Shown: positions 27,051-42,420, numbered from the stretch's first letter. The stretch is 64,000 nucleotides of DNA from Octopus sinensis (GCF_006345805.1 NC_042998.1:72788001-72852000), one strand, 5' to 3'. Numbers and translations are program-made. Notes: a model not told the origin generated them from the sequence alone.

Positions 27051-28059
27051 TAAAAATTATATTAAAACTATGTAAGTGTGCGTATTTTCCTTTTTTAATT
27101 TCTTATATACATTACAACTCATCGCCTGGGGATAATCGAAATTCCTCTTTTCTGTTACTACTATATATAAATAAATAAATAAATAAATATATATATATAT
27201 ACTGTAGTACTATTGTGGTCCTTGGTTTTGCTATTATATTGTTAATAATGTGATCTATATATTGTTTTGCTCGTATTAGTGTTATTAATAATAAGAATAA
27301 TGATATTGGTAGCATTAGTGGTAATGATAATAGTAATGATGTTAACATCAATGACATTTTGTAAATTTATATGAATTAATATAATGTACTCTTGACTCTG
27401 TATATCTGCATTTGGGTATTAATATGCGTATGTTTTCTACATTGTAATATTATAATATTAAGTTGAAAAACTGTAACATTGAATATGGAACATATGTATG
27501 TTTATTGATTTATATTATTTATATTATTATGTATATGTATATGTATATGTATAGGAGTATGAGTATATGCACTCATATGTATATGATTTATTATGGGTAT
27601 GTACCCACACTTATATGAGTCATAATATCCGAAGAGGTCTTAGGATATTTCTGTAAATGTCTCATTTATAACAACATATTGACCTACCACACATGGCTAC
27701 TATTAGTGAAATGAGACATACTTATCTGCATGGCCGAAACAGCTGTAAGAGGTAGTTTATATTTATATCTATATTTATTTATATTTATATTCTCTTATAC
27801 ATATTGTACTTATTGTATCATATTACTCCTTTATGTACACTCCTTTATGCACCCTGTTTTGTTCTATATTATTATGTTTGACCTTAAAGTTTCTTATGTA
27901 GTGGTTTAATAAAGTATGTGATTGGGTATTATCTGGTAGTTGATATTTGATTTGGATGTATTCTCCATATTCTTATTTTGTATATATATATATATATATA
28001 TATATATGCATACCATGTTTCCCTTCTCCTTGTCACCAGATTTGTTAAAGGGAAAGACA

Positions 28060-28200
28060 AAGGCTGATGCAGTGACGTTGTAACTTATTTCTACAGCTGA
28101 GTGAACTGTAGCAATGTGAAATAAAGTCTTTTGCTCAAGAACACACCTCCTGGTTGAGGATTCGAACTCAAAACCCGACGCCCTAACCACTGAACGTTCG
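28060..28200 (-). mobile_element. Degenerate tRNA-derived SINE head
   Basis: Minus: cgttcagtggttagggcgtcggg...gagttcgaatcc (A/B boxes). Confidence 0.55.
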
Positions 28201-28929
28201 TATGTGTGTGTGTGTGTGTGTGCTTGTGTGTGTTTTGTGATTTTGTGTAAGTGTGCGTGTGTGTGTACTACATCAAATGTATTCTTCTTTGAAGGTAATG
28301 TTCGTTTGACAATGGGAATTGAAAGATTCATATACACGTCTTTTATAACCGTTATTTATTCGGCTTCAAACTACTATACTGTTGTATTTCTCTGTGTTAG
28401 TTAGATAAACCATATTTCATATATGTATTTTTCCATAACAATGCATTTTATATGCATTATTTTATTTTCGGATGTACATATCTACATTCTTCACACAGTA
28501 ATAGATTTTTCAATCAATGTTCTAGTATTTCAATGCCAAAGACATACTGATAGCATTCATTTTCTATGAAAATGCTTCGTAATATTTCCTATACGACTTC
28601 GAAAAAGCATCGTTACACGACTTTTGCTTTATATCCCCACAGATATTTGTTAAAATATCGATTATTGTAGTTTCATTGATTCCTTATGTTACTTCATGTT
28701 TTATCTTATTTTATCAGATAACAAAAACTACATATACCCGTTAAAAAATAAGGCCAATAGTTTATATTACGTATTCATTCAAGTCAGTTTAAATTTTCAT
28801 GTTCACAGGCTTATTCTTTAAATGGCTATCTAAATTGCGAAAAGAGTTCGTGCCCTTTTTGTATTTTTTAAATGTTATTGGCATAGTTTTACAACATACA
28901 AAGATATTGTATATATACATAGGTGTGTT

Positions 28930-28970
<41 letters not shown>

Positions 28971-31119
28971 TTATAAATACATACAAACATATGTATATAT
29001 ATATACATACATGTATATATGTAAGTATACTGACATACAAACATATAATTAATGTACTTTTGTCATATGAGATTCTTACATGAAATGATCTGTAAGAAAA
29101 TTATATTAAACAGATATGGAATTTTTCTTTTATTCTAATATTTAATTCACTTGGGAGAAAAAATGTATATCTAACTGCCAGTTCATTTCCGCCATGTCTG
29201 TAGCTTATCTACATATCCTTACCCATTTGTCGTCATTGCCGTGCATGTAATGGCACCCTCCCTCGATTATAGATGTGGATATACCGTATTTTTTCTAGCT
29301 ATTGAATACAAATCAATATCTTTCATCAGTAATGGTTCTTTCACTGGTTGGCTCCATTTCTTCAGTTCAGATAACTTTAAGCGCCAGTAGATAAATGATT
29401 TATTTCAACAGTATATTTTTGTTGCTCTTTTACTGAGTATCATACACAGTAAGTTCAAAAGAATATAAATGTATATTATATCGTTTACGCATACATATGT
29501 ACATGCGTGTAAACGCTTCAATAAATGGATATTAGTGTATGCGTACATGTAGAGGTGTATTTACTAGTTTTCTATAGATGTGCTTGTGTCGCAAACGCGT
29601 GAAGTGGTGCATACATTTTCATATATTTCATACATCCATATACTTGGATAATGAAGTATATTTTACTTATTTTAAATTTATGTGGATTGCTATCACATAT
29701 GTGTGTGGGTGCTTTTGCGTGTGTGTATGTGAGTATACACGTTTCTGTATGTGATGCGCTATAGATTACAATAAGCTAAAGATTTTCCTTAATACTTTGG
29801 TGGTACCAATCATCTTTATGTGAAACCAGATTACAGAATATTTTACAACCACTCTCCGATTATCAAGCACCATATTTTGTTTCACTTTACATTCTCTAAT
29901 ACATTATCAGCATTTCTCATTTTATCTCCACTTTCTTTATTTCTTTGCGAGTTCACTGATCACAATATAGATTTCTAATGGTTTCCAAAAGTTTCTAAAA
30001 CGTTCGCTTTCCCTCTTTTGTATAAGTTTTTTTTCTTTTTACATTGGTCTCTTACATTGATATTTTGTTTTCTTTTAGTTCCATTGTATTAGGTCAGCTG
30101 TTTTATTCATTTTGTTTTTTCAATTGATATCGATTCTTCGAACGAGCTGTTCCTAACTGTTCAATACTTTCTTTGTAGTGCTTTACTTGGTATTTCATGC
30201 CTTTATTGAATCTATTCCAATATTTCATATCGAAGAATTAGTTGTTGCATTGTCATTTTCTACGTTTGTAATGCGTTTTCCCTTCATTTCTCCTAGTTCC
30301 TCAATTATCTGTCGTTGCTGTCTCAACATGTTACAGGAGTAATTCCATTTTGTACATATATCTGCTATTTTCTTCTTCTTTTCTTCGAATCAATCGATTG
30401 AAAAATTCTTCAAGATAACAGCTTCTACGCTTTTGTAGAATCTAAGGTCCACATACTTAGATATTTTTTTCTTTTTGGAAATATTTGTGTTCTATAATAT
30501 TTATGCTTAAAACACGGCCATATCAAGCAAGAACATACTGCTTTATAACATTCCCTTTACTAAAATACATATTATTTCATGAGTTATAGATAGTGGTAAT
30601 CGTCATAGTATTTATTGCATTACATTTGTGGTAAACAGAGATGCTCAAGTTCATTCAAATAGTGAGGTAAAAAAATTATTTTATAGAAAGTATTGGGTGA
30701 AAAAATGTTTGATGGTAATTTAATGAATAAAATTCAGACTCAGTACAGCGTGAAAACAAAACGATTGAATAATATTAGTAATAACAGAATACCATTCTTG
30801 ATTTTTACCGGGGTTTGAGACTGATAAAGAAAATAGACAGATATAAAGAATAAAAGAAGAAGAAATATTTAGATTTCAATGGAAGGCACTGTTGATATAA
30901 TTCACAGTGAAGCTCGTAGATGTTTACTCCTCTAGGTTTTGTAGCTACATGTTATAGAATATCGCATCTTATGCTACAATTCGAGAGAACCGAGAATGAC
31001 ATTTCTGAAATTTGAAGTGAGATGCATTTCAATATATTGCATTTGAAAAAGCAATATAAAAGCAAGAATAGTATTAAATACCACCATATATTCAGAATCA
31101 TATTTACAGGTTACTTCTT

Positions 31120-31400
31120 TTGTTTTTGGTCATTTTAATGCGGCCATACGGGAACACAGTCTTGACGATGTTAACTGCAAAAATAGACCAGCAACCTGAA
31201 ATTCTATTGAAAGTCAGATTTTGCCGAAGGATACATAGACAGACCAACACCTATTTTCAAGCACTATAACCAGAAACACAAGGTCCCAGACATACACATA
31301 CCGCCACACCAAACACATATGCATATATACTACAGGCTTGCATAGTTTCCGCCTACCATATTCATTCACAAGGAAATGGTCGATCTAGGCCTAGGCACTA
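31120..31400 (-). mobile_element. Degenerate SINE family B copy
   Basis: Similar to 538-830. Confidence 0.6.
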
Positions 31401-31515
31401 AACTGAACAAGAAATGTCTTAATCACACAACTATAACGGCGCGTATTACCATTTCTTTTTATTAATGAAAAACGAGGGTTACTTACATTTGTTACTTATA
31501 TATATATATATGTAG

Positions 31516-31890
31516 ACGCAGGAGGGGCTGCGTGGGGAGTAGCTTGCTTCCCAACCTCATGGTTCCGGGTTCAGTCTCACTGCGTGGCACCTGCGGTAAC
31601 TGTCTTCTACTGAGTCCACGAACTGACCAAAGCCTTGTGAGAGGACTTGGTAGACGGATATAGAAAGAACCTAGTCGTGTGTATATATATGCATATGTTT
31701 GTGTGTCTATGTTTGTTCCCCTACCATCGCTTGATAACCAATGTTGTGTGTATACGTCCCTGTAACTTAGCGACTCGGGAACAGAGACAGGTAGACTAAG
31801 TACTAGGTTTACAGAGAATAAGTGTTGGGGTAGATTTCTCCGAATAAATGCGGTGCTCCAGCATGACTGCATTAAATTCACTGAAACAAT
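31516..31890 (+). mobile_element. SINE family B copy
   Basis: GGTTCCGGGTTCAGTC B-box and ccttgtgagaggacttggtagacgg body; reverse complement of 538-929. Confidence 0.8.
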
Positions 31891-31929
31891 ATATATATGT
31901 GTGTGTGTGTATATGTGTGTGTGTGTGGG

Positions 31930-31970
<41 letters not shown>

Positions 31971-32235
31971 GATCAAATAAAATAAAAATAAAAACAGAGG
32001 CGAAGGATTCAGCGGTACATATGTTTCGGGCCTTTATTAGACGATACATAACAAATCATAATGTATGTCTGTGGCCTTCTTCAGCCGCTCACAACAGCTT
32101 CCACAAGGACATGTGTTAGTTCCGAAATTCTTGGCTGGGGATGCAAATCTTCTCGTTCCCGTACGACAAAATGCGGCAGCAGCATCGAATTGAATCGTCC
32201 ATCTCCTTCTTCTCTCAATGTAGAAATATAGATAT

Positions 32236-32236
<1 letters not shown>

Positions 32237-32305
<69 letters not shown>
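32237..32305. repeat. (GATA)n microsatellite
   Basis: Direct reading; no Tx1 sequence adjacent. Confidence 0.95.
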
Positions 32306-32306
<1 letters not shown>

Positions 32307-33559
32307 TACATAGATACATACATATATACATAAAAAATATACATATGGTACTTTATTGAGGTGTTGCAATTTCGGAATATTATGTTTTAAAACACATTAA
32401 CTCTTTGGAATATTTAGCAATATTTGCACAATAGATATTACATTATATATCTAAATATAGGTTAGGAGTTTGTTAATGGTTAAGAGACGAATATAATTAG
32501 ATAACTTTAGTGTTTACACGTATTTAATTGATTATATCATTTAACGAGATTTCATCAAAAATTACTTGTTTCAGCTGAATAAATCATAACGTATTTATTG
32601 ATCCCAACGGCCATTCCAACATAAGAACACATATATCCATACAGATATAAAGATAAAATTCAATCCCCGTACGCAGATACACTAGTAGTTATTTCATCTA
32701 TTTATGAGAATATCCATAGAGATGATGCTTCTAAACAAGATAAGCGTATAAATTATATTATATTGATAACCTATTAGTCATTCATGGCTATGATTATTCA
32801 CATTACGTTTTCAAAATATTCAAGATCTGGATATAGGTAAAAGAAATATTCCCACGAAATGTATAGGATAATAGTGATAAGGACGTGGGCGTTTTTTAAA
32901 GATTATGTTTTAATAATTAATTAATACTTTTATAATAATTAGGGATACTAATAATTTTACAGAAAGTTAGTAAAATGTTCTCAATAGGCGAGGCAAAGTA
33001 AATTGATTCATATTTCATATATTTCATTAAGTATGTAGGTGGACATGTAATTTAGTTTTAATGAGTTTTGAGCAGCTGAACCAAGATTATCACGAAACAC
33101 ATAATGAAAATCAACAGTAATTTATTTCTGCCCGTCTCTACCGACAACACTTTTCTTTTCACATGAAGAGTTAGTACTCTTCAACTTAAAAGATTCTCGG
33201 GTATCTGTGAGATTGATGCTGTACATTTTCCCTAACACACATAATAAAAACGAGCGCCTAGATAGACATACAAAGGCTGATTGCCGAAGAAGGAATGACT
33301 GAGGATTGCACTGTGTTCTGGAGTCTTTTGTACACATAATAATGGCAAAGAGAAAGATGTTTGTGATTGAGAGAGCCCGAGTAGGAGAATTATTAAAAAA
33401 ACAACACCAAAAAGTAAATAGCGTTACAATAGTGATAGAAAAAGCAGCAAAAAGAAATAGAATGTATATCAATTGGCTAGTGAATTCATAGTATCTGTGA
33501 GTAACTTCAAATTGTCAGCGAGAAAATTCGTTTAATGTAGGTGGTGTAGAATGTATATA

Positions 33560-35050
33560 ATGTATATATATATATATATATGGCAACAATAGCTCTGTTT
33601 CAGAGGTCTCTGTTCATGGAATCAGTGCTAGTTTTTTGTGTGATATCTAGGTTGCAAGTGAATGATATTTGGAAGGACCAAGCGAGACAAAACCAATGAT
33701 TGGAGAGACTAATGCACATACTATGATAGAAAGGAAGAGCTATGCAATGATAGTGACATCTGATATGAATAGCAACTGTCCATCAGATATCGAGAACAAA
33801 ACGATGTACGTTTTCGCCAAGGAGATTTGCATGTTGTACAAGGTCGGAAGATTACGTAATATTGAGGCTGTCAACATTCCTTTCGTAGTTTTCCAACGCA
33901 ATATGCAATTGATACATGCTATAAGAAACTAGGTAACAAGAGTCAGGGCTTTTACGTAACTAAGACCGTACAGGTGCCCGTTAAAGATGGAGCGAGAGAG
34001 TGAAAGTTTTGAAGGACATCAATGGTGATGGTTGCTTAGTTAACTTATAGATTTTGCACATGAATAGTTGACATGATTAGGGCCGCTTTCTTTCTTTGGA
34101 ATCGGACATAATGTAGAGACATTTCAAATATAAGTGTAGATCCATGATGAGGAATTTGCATATCTAAGGGGCTAGGTTTGTAGCATAGTGTTAGAAGGTT
34201 ATACAAGGAACGTTGTCAGAAACGACGAAGTTCTGTGTGAGGCTCGGAAGCACTTATGCTCATCCATGTATAGAAGGATCTGGAAAAAGAATGCGATACA
34301 TGTAGAAGTGTGAACAGTGTAAAGTTGACTGCATGGTGTAGATGAAAGTTATAGTTATCTTCATTGGGCTACTATTCGCAGAATCATCGTTTCTGTGACT
34401 TGAATGGGAGAAGAAACTGCAAAGTGTTATCTACCGCTGTATCGAATGCAGGATACCACAGAAGCTGAACAATGCACTTTCTTTCTAGTGGCTTTATTAT
34501 TCTTATGGTTACTATAAGCTCCTACCAAAAGTTAAGCTGCTGAGAAACACCACCAGTTTTTGTGGGTGTTTGAGTTAGCTAGGCATTATACACTTTGTAA
34601 CCTTTTCCTTAACAGCTTCAACGCAACTGTGAATGATATGTATCATGGAATTTGGATATTTCTCTTTGGTGTGAGCGGGCCCTGGTGGGACAGGCTTAAA
34701 TTGATACTTACCGTCTTTTGCCTAGCTCTATCTAGTGGGTCATATGTAAAGCTCGTATGCTTCTAAAGGCATAAGCCTAGAAGTGGCGAATCGCAAACTC
34801 ATCGACTAGCTTGAAGGGTCATAGCTTGCATGTCTGCTACAGGGACAGTATTGTATAGTTTAAATGATGGATAGTTGAGTATCTCGGTAGGTGCTGAGAC
34901 ACTTACGGTTTAATAGAAATTAGGTTCTAAGTCGATAAATACAACAATGGTTTCGGGTGCATCTCTGTATCGACCGGACATTTTATAAGGATTGAAACAT
35001 GATAATTTTGAGGCATGAGGGCTGTAAAATATTGGGTTTCCGCACCAGAC
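33560..35050 (-). mobile_element. Decayed LINE (CR1/Crack/L2-like) RT region
   Basis: Minus-strand remnants such as LCPIPKK resemble RT domain 1; many stops. Confidence 0.5.
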
Positions 35051-37949
35051 ACGTTGGTATGTGACGTGAGAGAACAAATGTTTACAAGGCAAACTTATTT
35101 AAAGTCTTAAAATACCAAGCTGTAAGGTCAAGCCAGGCAACATTATGTGTGTATCCATAGACAAAATAAGCGGGAAAAGGGAGAGGTAGAGAGCGTGATA
35201 TATTTTTAATACGAAGGAAAGAGTATTTTATAGGATTAATCGATATTCCCTAAATAGCAGACAATTTCTCTTAAATCTTACGCAATACAGCTTCGTCATA
35301 GCTGCAATGGAAATGTTTATTACTCTGCTTGATTAAAATTTACGTGAGTGAGAAAGAATCCATCGTGTAAAAATATGTATGATTGTTGGACCTGCTAAAC
35401 ACAGCAGCTAAATTTATTGTAAATAACAGTGCGATATATAATATAAATATTTTAAATAATTTAATTATAGTTGCATACTACTAATAAAACGATCAAACCA
35501 AATACTTCCCAATTGAATAAATATGAAAACGCTTTTAGTACCTATTCAGATGCATATTGCTGGCATATTTTGAAGGTCAAAGAGGAATTTGGTTTTGTGG
35601 ATTGCTCTCTGAAGTTGTAATCCATCTTAAGTCAACTACATTTATACATATCTATTATTCAATGAAATATAATGCAGAACTCGATATCCTGTTGTGCTTA
35701 TAGTCAAATTACTGAAAACAATAGGAAAAATTAGTTTTAACCTTATATATTTTAATGAAGCATCAGATGATTAAACCTTCATCAAAACTCCAATCATTTA
35801 AATGCACATAGTCACATTCAAATTCACCCGAGAAACACGCTGCTCGAAGGGACTCAATGGCTGATTTCTCTGATTTCTGATTTTCTATTCAACTTCATGC
35901 TCATTAAACAGCTAGAAATCTTTCGGTCACTGGAGATATTTAGTTTATGCATACATGAATTTGTAGTTACAATAAATTATTTTTCTTTGCATAACATGTT
36001 TCATTTCGGAAATACCTACTGACATTTTAGAAGAATTTCTTTTTCCATATTCAATATTTTTTGTCTGATATTCACTGACAATATTGAATGTTTAGAGAGA
36101 ATTTCAATTTCTACCTTTTGTTATAAGCAATTATTTCCTGAAGCGTTAGTAAATTAATTTCGTTGCATACATGATTTAATCACGAAGCAAAACAGTTTAG
36201 ACACTCATCCAAACAGACATAAATATGCTATGTAAATATGCATTTAAATAAATATCTAATCATCTAAAAACATGTTGAAAAGTGTCTTGTACATGTACAT
36301 GTTATTGAAAATATAATTTAAAACAGTGATAAAAAAAATTATCGCTTATGAGATTTCTAAATTCATTTATCACAGTTGTTGATGTTTTATTTCTTTATCA
36401 AATTATAATCTGAAATAAACATCTACTGTAAATAAATTTCAGTGTAATTGTGTTTGCGTTACTAAGAGTCGAGTCGCCAACTGTGAAAAACTATTATTTA
36501 TCTTTTCGGTAATTGACATGGGATTTGGAAAAACATTCTATCAGGAATGGAATAAAATATATTTTCATCATCTGTCAACAGAAATATTTAAAAGATAAGA
36601 TTATTAACATAGAATTAGTCAAGTGAGTGTTAATATATATAATTTAATGAGTCAAGAAAATACTTGGCATTGCTTTCTTTGTGAAGAGAAAGATACATCA
36701 CTTAATTAATTAATTTTGTATTAAAAAAATAGGGGACACAAACATGGAATTTAGATTACAATGAAATAATTTAAACAGGCCATTTGCCGCATCAATATCA
36801 CTAGTCACCTCCTTCAGACACATCGAGGATAGAAAACGGAAGTTATAAAATGTATTGAATCTGGAATACCGGAGGGGAGTATGTGTTATATTTGTCCGCG
36901 CGAGGACACTCTGAGCTATTTAGGACGTATTGAGACACAGCAGCAAAATATTTTGTAATAAAAAACTGGATGATATTTCACCTTAAATATATCTCTACCT
37001 ATTTTGCGAGTATTTTAGACCATATTACTTTTTAATTCTAGACTAGATGCAATATAAAATAGTTACTACTTAAATTGGTTTTCACTCTAGATGGTAGTTG
37101 CATATCTAATACATATAAAGATAAGTGGTATGATGCAGGCGAAATAGAAACATGCAATAAATAGAAATAAATATGGAAATATGAAACCTTTTTATAAAAA
37201 CAATAAAAGACAATGAATATATAAATATCCAAAATTTAGTGTGCAATGTAAAAAATTCAGGCGTAGTTTAATCCCTCCACTCACTCGAAAATATAAGGTA
37301 TTACAAAGGTAATTCCAGAAAATAAAACTGGAGGAACGAAAATAATTTCAATAAATTAATGGCATCAATGCAAACGATATAAAGTTCAAGTGTGTTTTGT
37401 CTAAGGGAATGAGCAAAATATAAATGAAGTGAAAGTACGTTCTCATTTGGAAAAATACACTAGCAGCAACCATTGGCATCTACAAAAGAAGAGAAACAAT
37501 TTCATAAAAGAAACAGCCTTCGATTTTTTTTTTTTAAATGTTACGTATTGTCCTAAAATTATTAAATTTGTTAGAGCTGAAAATGAGAGCGATGGGTAGG
37601 CTCTATTGTTATTTAACCTGATCAGCGTGGAATAGTCAACTAAAATGCAATTCATTGAAGGTCTTTGCATATGTCATTCCATACAGGTACACACGCTTGA
37701 TATATATTTTAACTAGTAAATTGGTTATGGGATTTGATAAATAGTATACGTATAGTTACATGCTTCTTAACATGTGAGGAACGAATTTATAATAATCAGT
37801 GGATATCTGATTTAGTTTGTAAACCATATTATATCATATACATTACATTTCGTTATATTATACACTACATATTCATGAATGTACTATACTCGTTGATCAC
37901 AAACGAGAAACACGTGTCAATATGTTTCATGATTTAGAACAATTAGCTG

Positions 37950-38150
37950 ATAAAATCGTTAGCACAGCGTGCAAAATGCTCAGCGGCCTTACATCCGGAT
38001 TACCTTCTAAGTTCAAATTCTACCGGGAACGACGTTACCTTTCATCTTTTCAGGGTCCATAAAATAAATGCCAGTTAAACTCTGGAGTCCATGTAATCGA
38101 CTTACACCCTCTCCCGAACATGCTGGCATTGTGTCAAAAACTGAAATTAA
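37950..38150 (+). mobile_element. SINE family A copy
   Basis: aagttcaaattctacc B-box and tttcatcttttcagggtccataaaataaat; matches the reverse complement of 270-500. Confidence 0.7.
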
Positions 38151-38819
38151 TATGTACTGTGATCATATTCTTTCATTGAGTAGTTGTAGATGTTTCATGC
38201 TCCCTCCTAAGACCCAGCTGGTGATCGATAATGTGATAGGAAAAAAATAACGAGCAGCACCGGGAATTGGCACCTGCGTATATTTAACAGAGTTCACAGG
38301 AAGAAATTGAAGTGAAGTGCCTTGCTGATGGATACAGCACGCTTACAAATCCATCAATCTACCGGTCGTGACCCCAACACTGTAACTACTCTGCTAGGCA
38401 CCTTAATATAATGATGAAAAGTATAGCGAGATGGATACTTAAAGTGTTGGCTAAACGATATCACAACACATTTTAATTTCCGAGCCAAGGGATTCTACGA
38501 TTGCACTTTTCGAAATACATGTATAATTTTAAATAATTTAAATTTAGGAGTTGCATCACTTGATATATTTGCTAATTATTTATTAGTGAGCCACTTTGCC
38601 TCACCAGGCAGTGTCTTATATTAATTAATTAAAATTTCTTACTAATACATATGTCAGCGTAAGACGTAAGACGTTTCGGTTTCTTTGTACTAAAGTAAGT
38701 GGTCTTATGAATGACTAATACGATACAAATAAAACTGAATAGCCGGACTATATTCAATTTATTAGTTACTTACTAACCTCCTCAGAACTAGTTACGTGTG
38801 AGCATGGATTTCTAACATG

Positions 38820-40430
38820 CAACTATTGGTAACAAATTTGCCAATTCACCTGCCATATGGGTCCAGGAAAAATACAGATTTAATGCTGAGTTCACATCCA
38901 AACAGTCCGTTTCCCCTCTTTTTCTTGGTACAAACAGTCTGCCTGTGTCACGTTTTGGGTGAAGTATTCCAGATCAAGCCAGCAACTTCCTTGTCGTTCT
39001 GTCTAAGCTATTTACGTCGTCTACTATCCATGTGAATAACCCTGTTCCATATCTAAGTAGTGAAACCGCCCAGGTGTTGATAGCTTCAATCTTATTCGGT
39101 CCGTTTAATTTCGACTTAAGGATTAATCTCAGTCTGCGCAAGTATATGTACTCCATCTTAATTCTTTCTGTCATTTCTTTCTCCATCAATTTATCTATTA
39201 AAAATATCTCTAAGTACTTATAGCCACTCTCTTCTATCTGCTTCATAACATCCCCTGACGGTATCGCTAGTCCGATAATACATTTGATTTTGCCTGTCTT
39301 CAAGATAAACACACCACACTTTTTAAGTCCGAATTCCATTCTGATACCAGCAATGAGAGTATACACGATATCAACGAGGGAACTAACGTTGGATTCATCT
39401 CTACTATAAAGTTTGAGGTCATCCATGAATATCAAATGGTTGACTTTTTGTTGGCAGCTTTTGAATACATACCAAGCTTTCGCTTCCCTCAGAATCAGTG
39501 TCAGTGGTATCAAGTATAGTACAAAGATCAGAGGGACAGGCAGTCCGCTTGGAAGACACCCCTCCTGATTTCTACTGTTCCTATACTTCTTCCATATGCT
39601 GTCATTTCGGTCCTCCACTTTTTCCAAGCAATCGCTCAACTTTCGATTCAATACCAAATATGTTCATACATTCCATAATCAAAGAATGTGGGATCATACC
39701 GTATACCTTACGATAATCGATCCATAACATTGCTAAGTTAGTTTTCCTCATCGTGTAGTCTCTGAGTACACTTTTGTCTACCAGGAGTTTATACTTAGTA
39801 GCTCTGCCCTTACGCTTGCAACCCTTCTGCTCATGTTGCAGGACTACATTTTTTCCAGATGTCCGTACACTGACTCTGCGACTATTCAAGTCAATAATTC
39901 CCATATAAGTGGCAAGCAAGATATCGGCATGTAAATGTCTACCGTATTGCTTTTTCGATGGTTTACAAGCACAGCACCTCGCTGGTGTTATATGTTCGGC
40001 ATTTAACAAGGTGTTGAGTTATGCAGCTATTCGTGCAGGGCATGCACCAAATCCTGAACTCCTTTTTGTCCTGGGGCAATCCACCTGCCCAATTCTTTCT
40101 GATTTCCTTCACCTGCCTAATTGAAATGACTAGTTCTGCCTTTTTTGAACAGACTACTGTTTGTTTAATTTCTTGCAACCATTCCTTGTCTTTGGTCCAG
40201 ATGTCGCTCCAAAACCTTTCACTATCAATGTAATCTGGTATCAACTTTTCATCTGTACACTCCATTTATTTGTTTGTAGAATCTCTTCTGATCTACTCTG
40301 AATAACCTATTCTGGTGGTATCCCTTCATTCTTTGGTCGTATCTTACCCTCTCTGATTCCTTGGCAATGAGGCCCTGTTTCAGTTCCTCCATTACCCCTT
40401 TGAAGCCCTTCCTTGCAATATCATACTCTC
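38820..40430 (-). mobile_element. Decayed R4/Dong-like retrotransposon RT region (distinct subfamily)
   Basis: LAMLWIDYRKVYGMIPHS, VNHLIFMDDLKLY, EFGLKKC, YKYL, LKSKLNGPNKIEAINTWAVSLLRY. Confidence 0.85.
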
Positions 40431-40464
40431 CATTCAGGGGACAAAAGAAAAACGATAAAACGAT

Positions 40465-41650
40465 AAAAGAAAAACGAACAAATTATTCAGTCATATATGG
40501 TCGTTAAAAGATAAAGATGTCAGTTACAACATCCATTGGAAAATCTTAGCCAAGTGTAAGCCCTACACGAACGGCAGTGGAAATTGCATTCTATGTGATA
40601 TGGAATGATGGTTCATCTGGAAAAGCAGCTTAGACCCCGCTACATGTCTAAATTCAAGAACTGAACTTTCGGATCATGCCCAAACGTGGCCAAATGTTTG
40701 TCACGTTTTTAGTCCCCCCGAGACTACAGATAGAACTTGCTTTCTATATTGCGTCCATGCACAAGCTTTTTATCTCTTTACACCTTTTACTTATATTTCA
40801 TATATATTTTATTTATATTTTTTATACATCTATTTTGACATATTTATAGAGATATTGGTTTATAGGTTTATTGCTTATATATTTTTTACACATAATTTTC
40901 TGTATTCTATTTTCCACCCTGCATTTTTCCCTGTGCATATATAGACGTGTATATGGAATCTTTTGTGCACGCGTGTGGATGTGTGCGTGTGCGCGGGTAC
41001 GTGCGTATATATATGTGTGCGTGTGCGCGTGTGTGCGTGCATGCGAGTATGTGCGTATATAGACGTATTTTACTCAGTGTTTTTACACATTTTCCTGTAT
41101 TTTTGCCCTTAGTCCTGTTTTTCCTTCGTGTATGTGCGCATATAGACGTATGTATGACCTCTTTTGCGTGCGTGTGTGTGCACGTATATAGACGTGTGCG
41201 GGTATATGCGTACATAGGCGTGTGTGTGGTGTGCATGCATACGAGTATGTGCGTATATGGACGTGGTTTACTCTTTGTATACTCTCATACCTTTTTTCTG
41301 TTTGTCACCTTTAGACCTATTTTTTCTTGTGATTGTACGTATATAGATGTGTGTATGAACCTTTATGGTGCGCATGTGTGTGTGTAGGTTTGTATGTATG
41401 AACTTTTACCCCCTACTGTTTACTCCCTCCCCTCACTTAGCGGTCATTCATATAGCTCTTTTGTCTTAATAACGATCAATTACACAGTAATTTCCCTTTC
41501 TAGGACGGTCCTTTTTCACAGCACTTTTTCGATGGGCGGATAACTGAAGAGATGGCGGTGTGGATTTCCACCTCGGCATCCGAAAGTCGGAGTTTTATCA
41601 TGGCTGCCAAATAATTGTCACACATTACATTTACATAATGTCGAGGTCTC
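40465..41650 (+). mobile_element. Penelope-like element 3' part (GIY-YIG C-terminus, long 3' region, hammerhead)
   Basis: SHIWSLKDKDVSYNIHWKILAKCKPYTNGSGNCILC...LNSRTEL, with a hammerhead-like motif at 41539-41599. Confidence 0.8.
41539..41599 (+). ncRNA. Type I hammerhead ribozyme motif, slightly decayed
   Basis: GATAA-CTGAAGA-[stem II]-GAAAG TCGGA GTT-TTATC. Stem I GATAA/TTATC is intact; there are lesions at the stem II base and position 15.2. Confidence 0.6.
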
Positions 41651-41669
41651 TTTCATTCTTTTGTTATCT

Positions 41670-41775
<106 letters not shown>

Positions 41776-41914
41776 CACAGATAGATACTATATATTTATA
41801 TATATGTGTGTGTGTATGTGTGCTTGTGTGTGTGTTTGTATCGTCAGTAAACGCAAATCCGAGGAAGGAAGTACACTGTAAGTTATAGAGCAGTATATTT
41901 TACAATTAGATTAT

Positions 41915-42420
41915 GAGATTACCTCAGGTTCCACGTCAATAAAGGGCTCAGCTTTATGGCGTATCATCAGAGCCCAAACCTTTTGGCTAAAGACCTGTTT
42001 AGCGAGTGGCCTCTGTAGAATATGAAGGAGGAAATGAGCTCGTTACTCAATATCAACAGAGAGGATGGTCTCCTCTTGGCTATCAATTACCGATGCCAAC
42101 AAAGAGGTTTGTGTCCTTTCGCCTATCGATCGCCGGTGGCATTGCTATCTCGTGTGTTTCAATAGGCTTACAGGAATTTCCTGAAATGCAAGCACAGTCC
42201 GAAGACCTCCGTTCTGGTGTTCAGGATGTTCTGGGTTCAGGGAGTCCTTTAGAATCCTCACCCGTTTCGCTATGCATAATTTACAGTGGTTGATCCCGTT
42301 AATGTAAGGGGCAGGATTCTCTAGGATTCTCAATATTGTGTATGCAATCCCATTATGTATTAGCCGCCATACATGGCTGGCTAATGACGTGACGAATCTC
42401 TGTATGTGCATGTGTGAATG
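41915..42420 (-). mobile_element. Penelope-like element fragment (GIY-YIG C-terminus plus decayed hammerhead)
   Basis: TSLASHVWRLIHNGIAYTILRILENPAPYINGINHCKLCIAKR; CTGATGA-[long stem]-GAAC CTGAG GTA at ~41920-41970. Confidence 0.8.

Noticed and set aside
27725-27755. GAAAC AGCT GTA AGAG hammerhead 3' half
   Set aside because: The CTGANGA half and stem II partner are absent, so it is only a fragment.
32015-32045. Hammerhead-like CTAATAA..GAAAC ATAT GTA (minus)
   Set aside because: Two core substitutions and no credible stems I and II.
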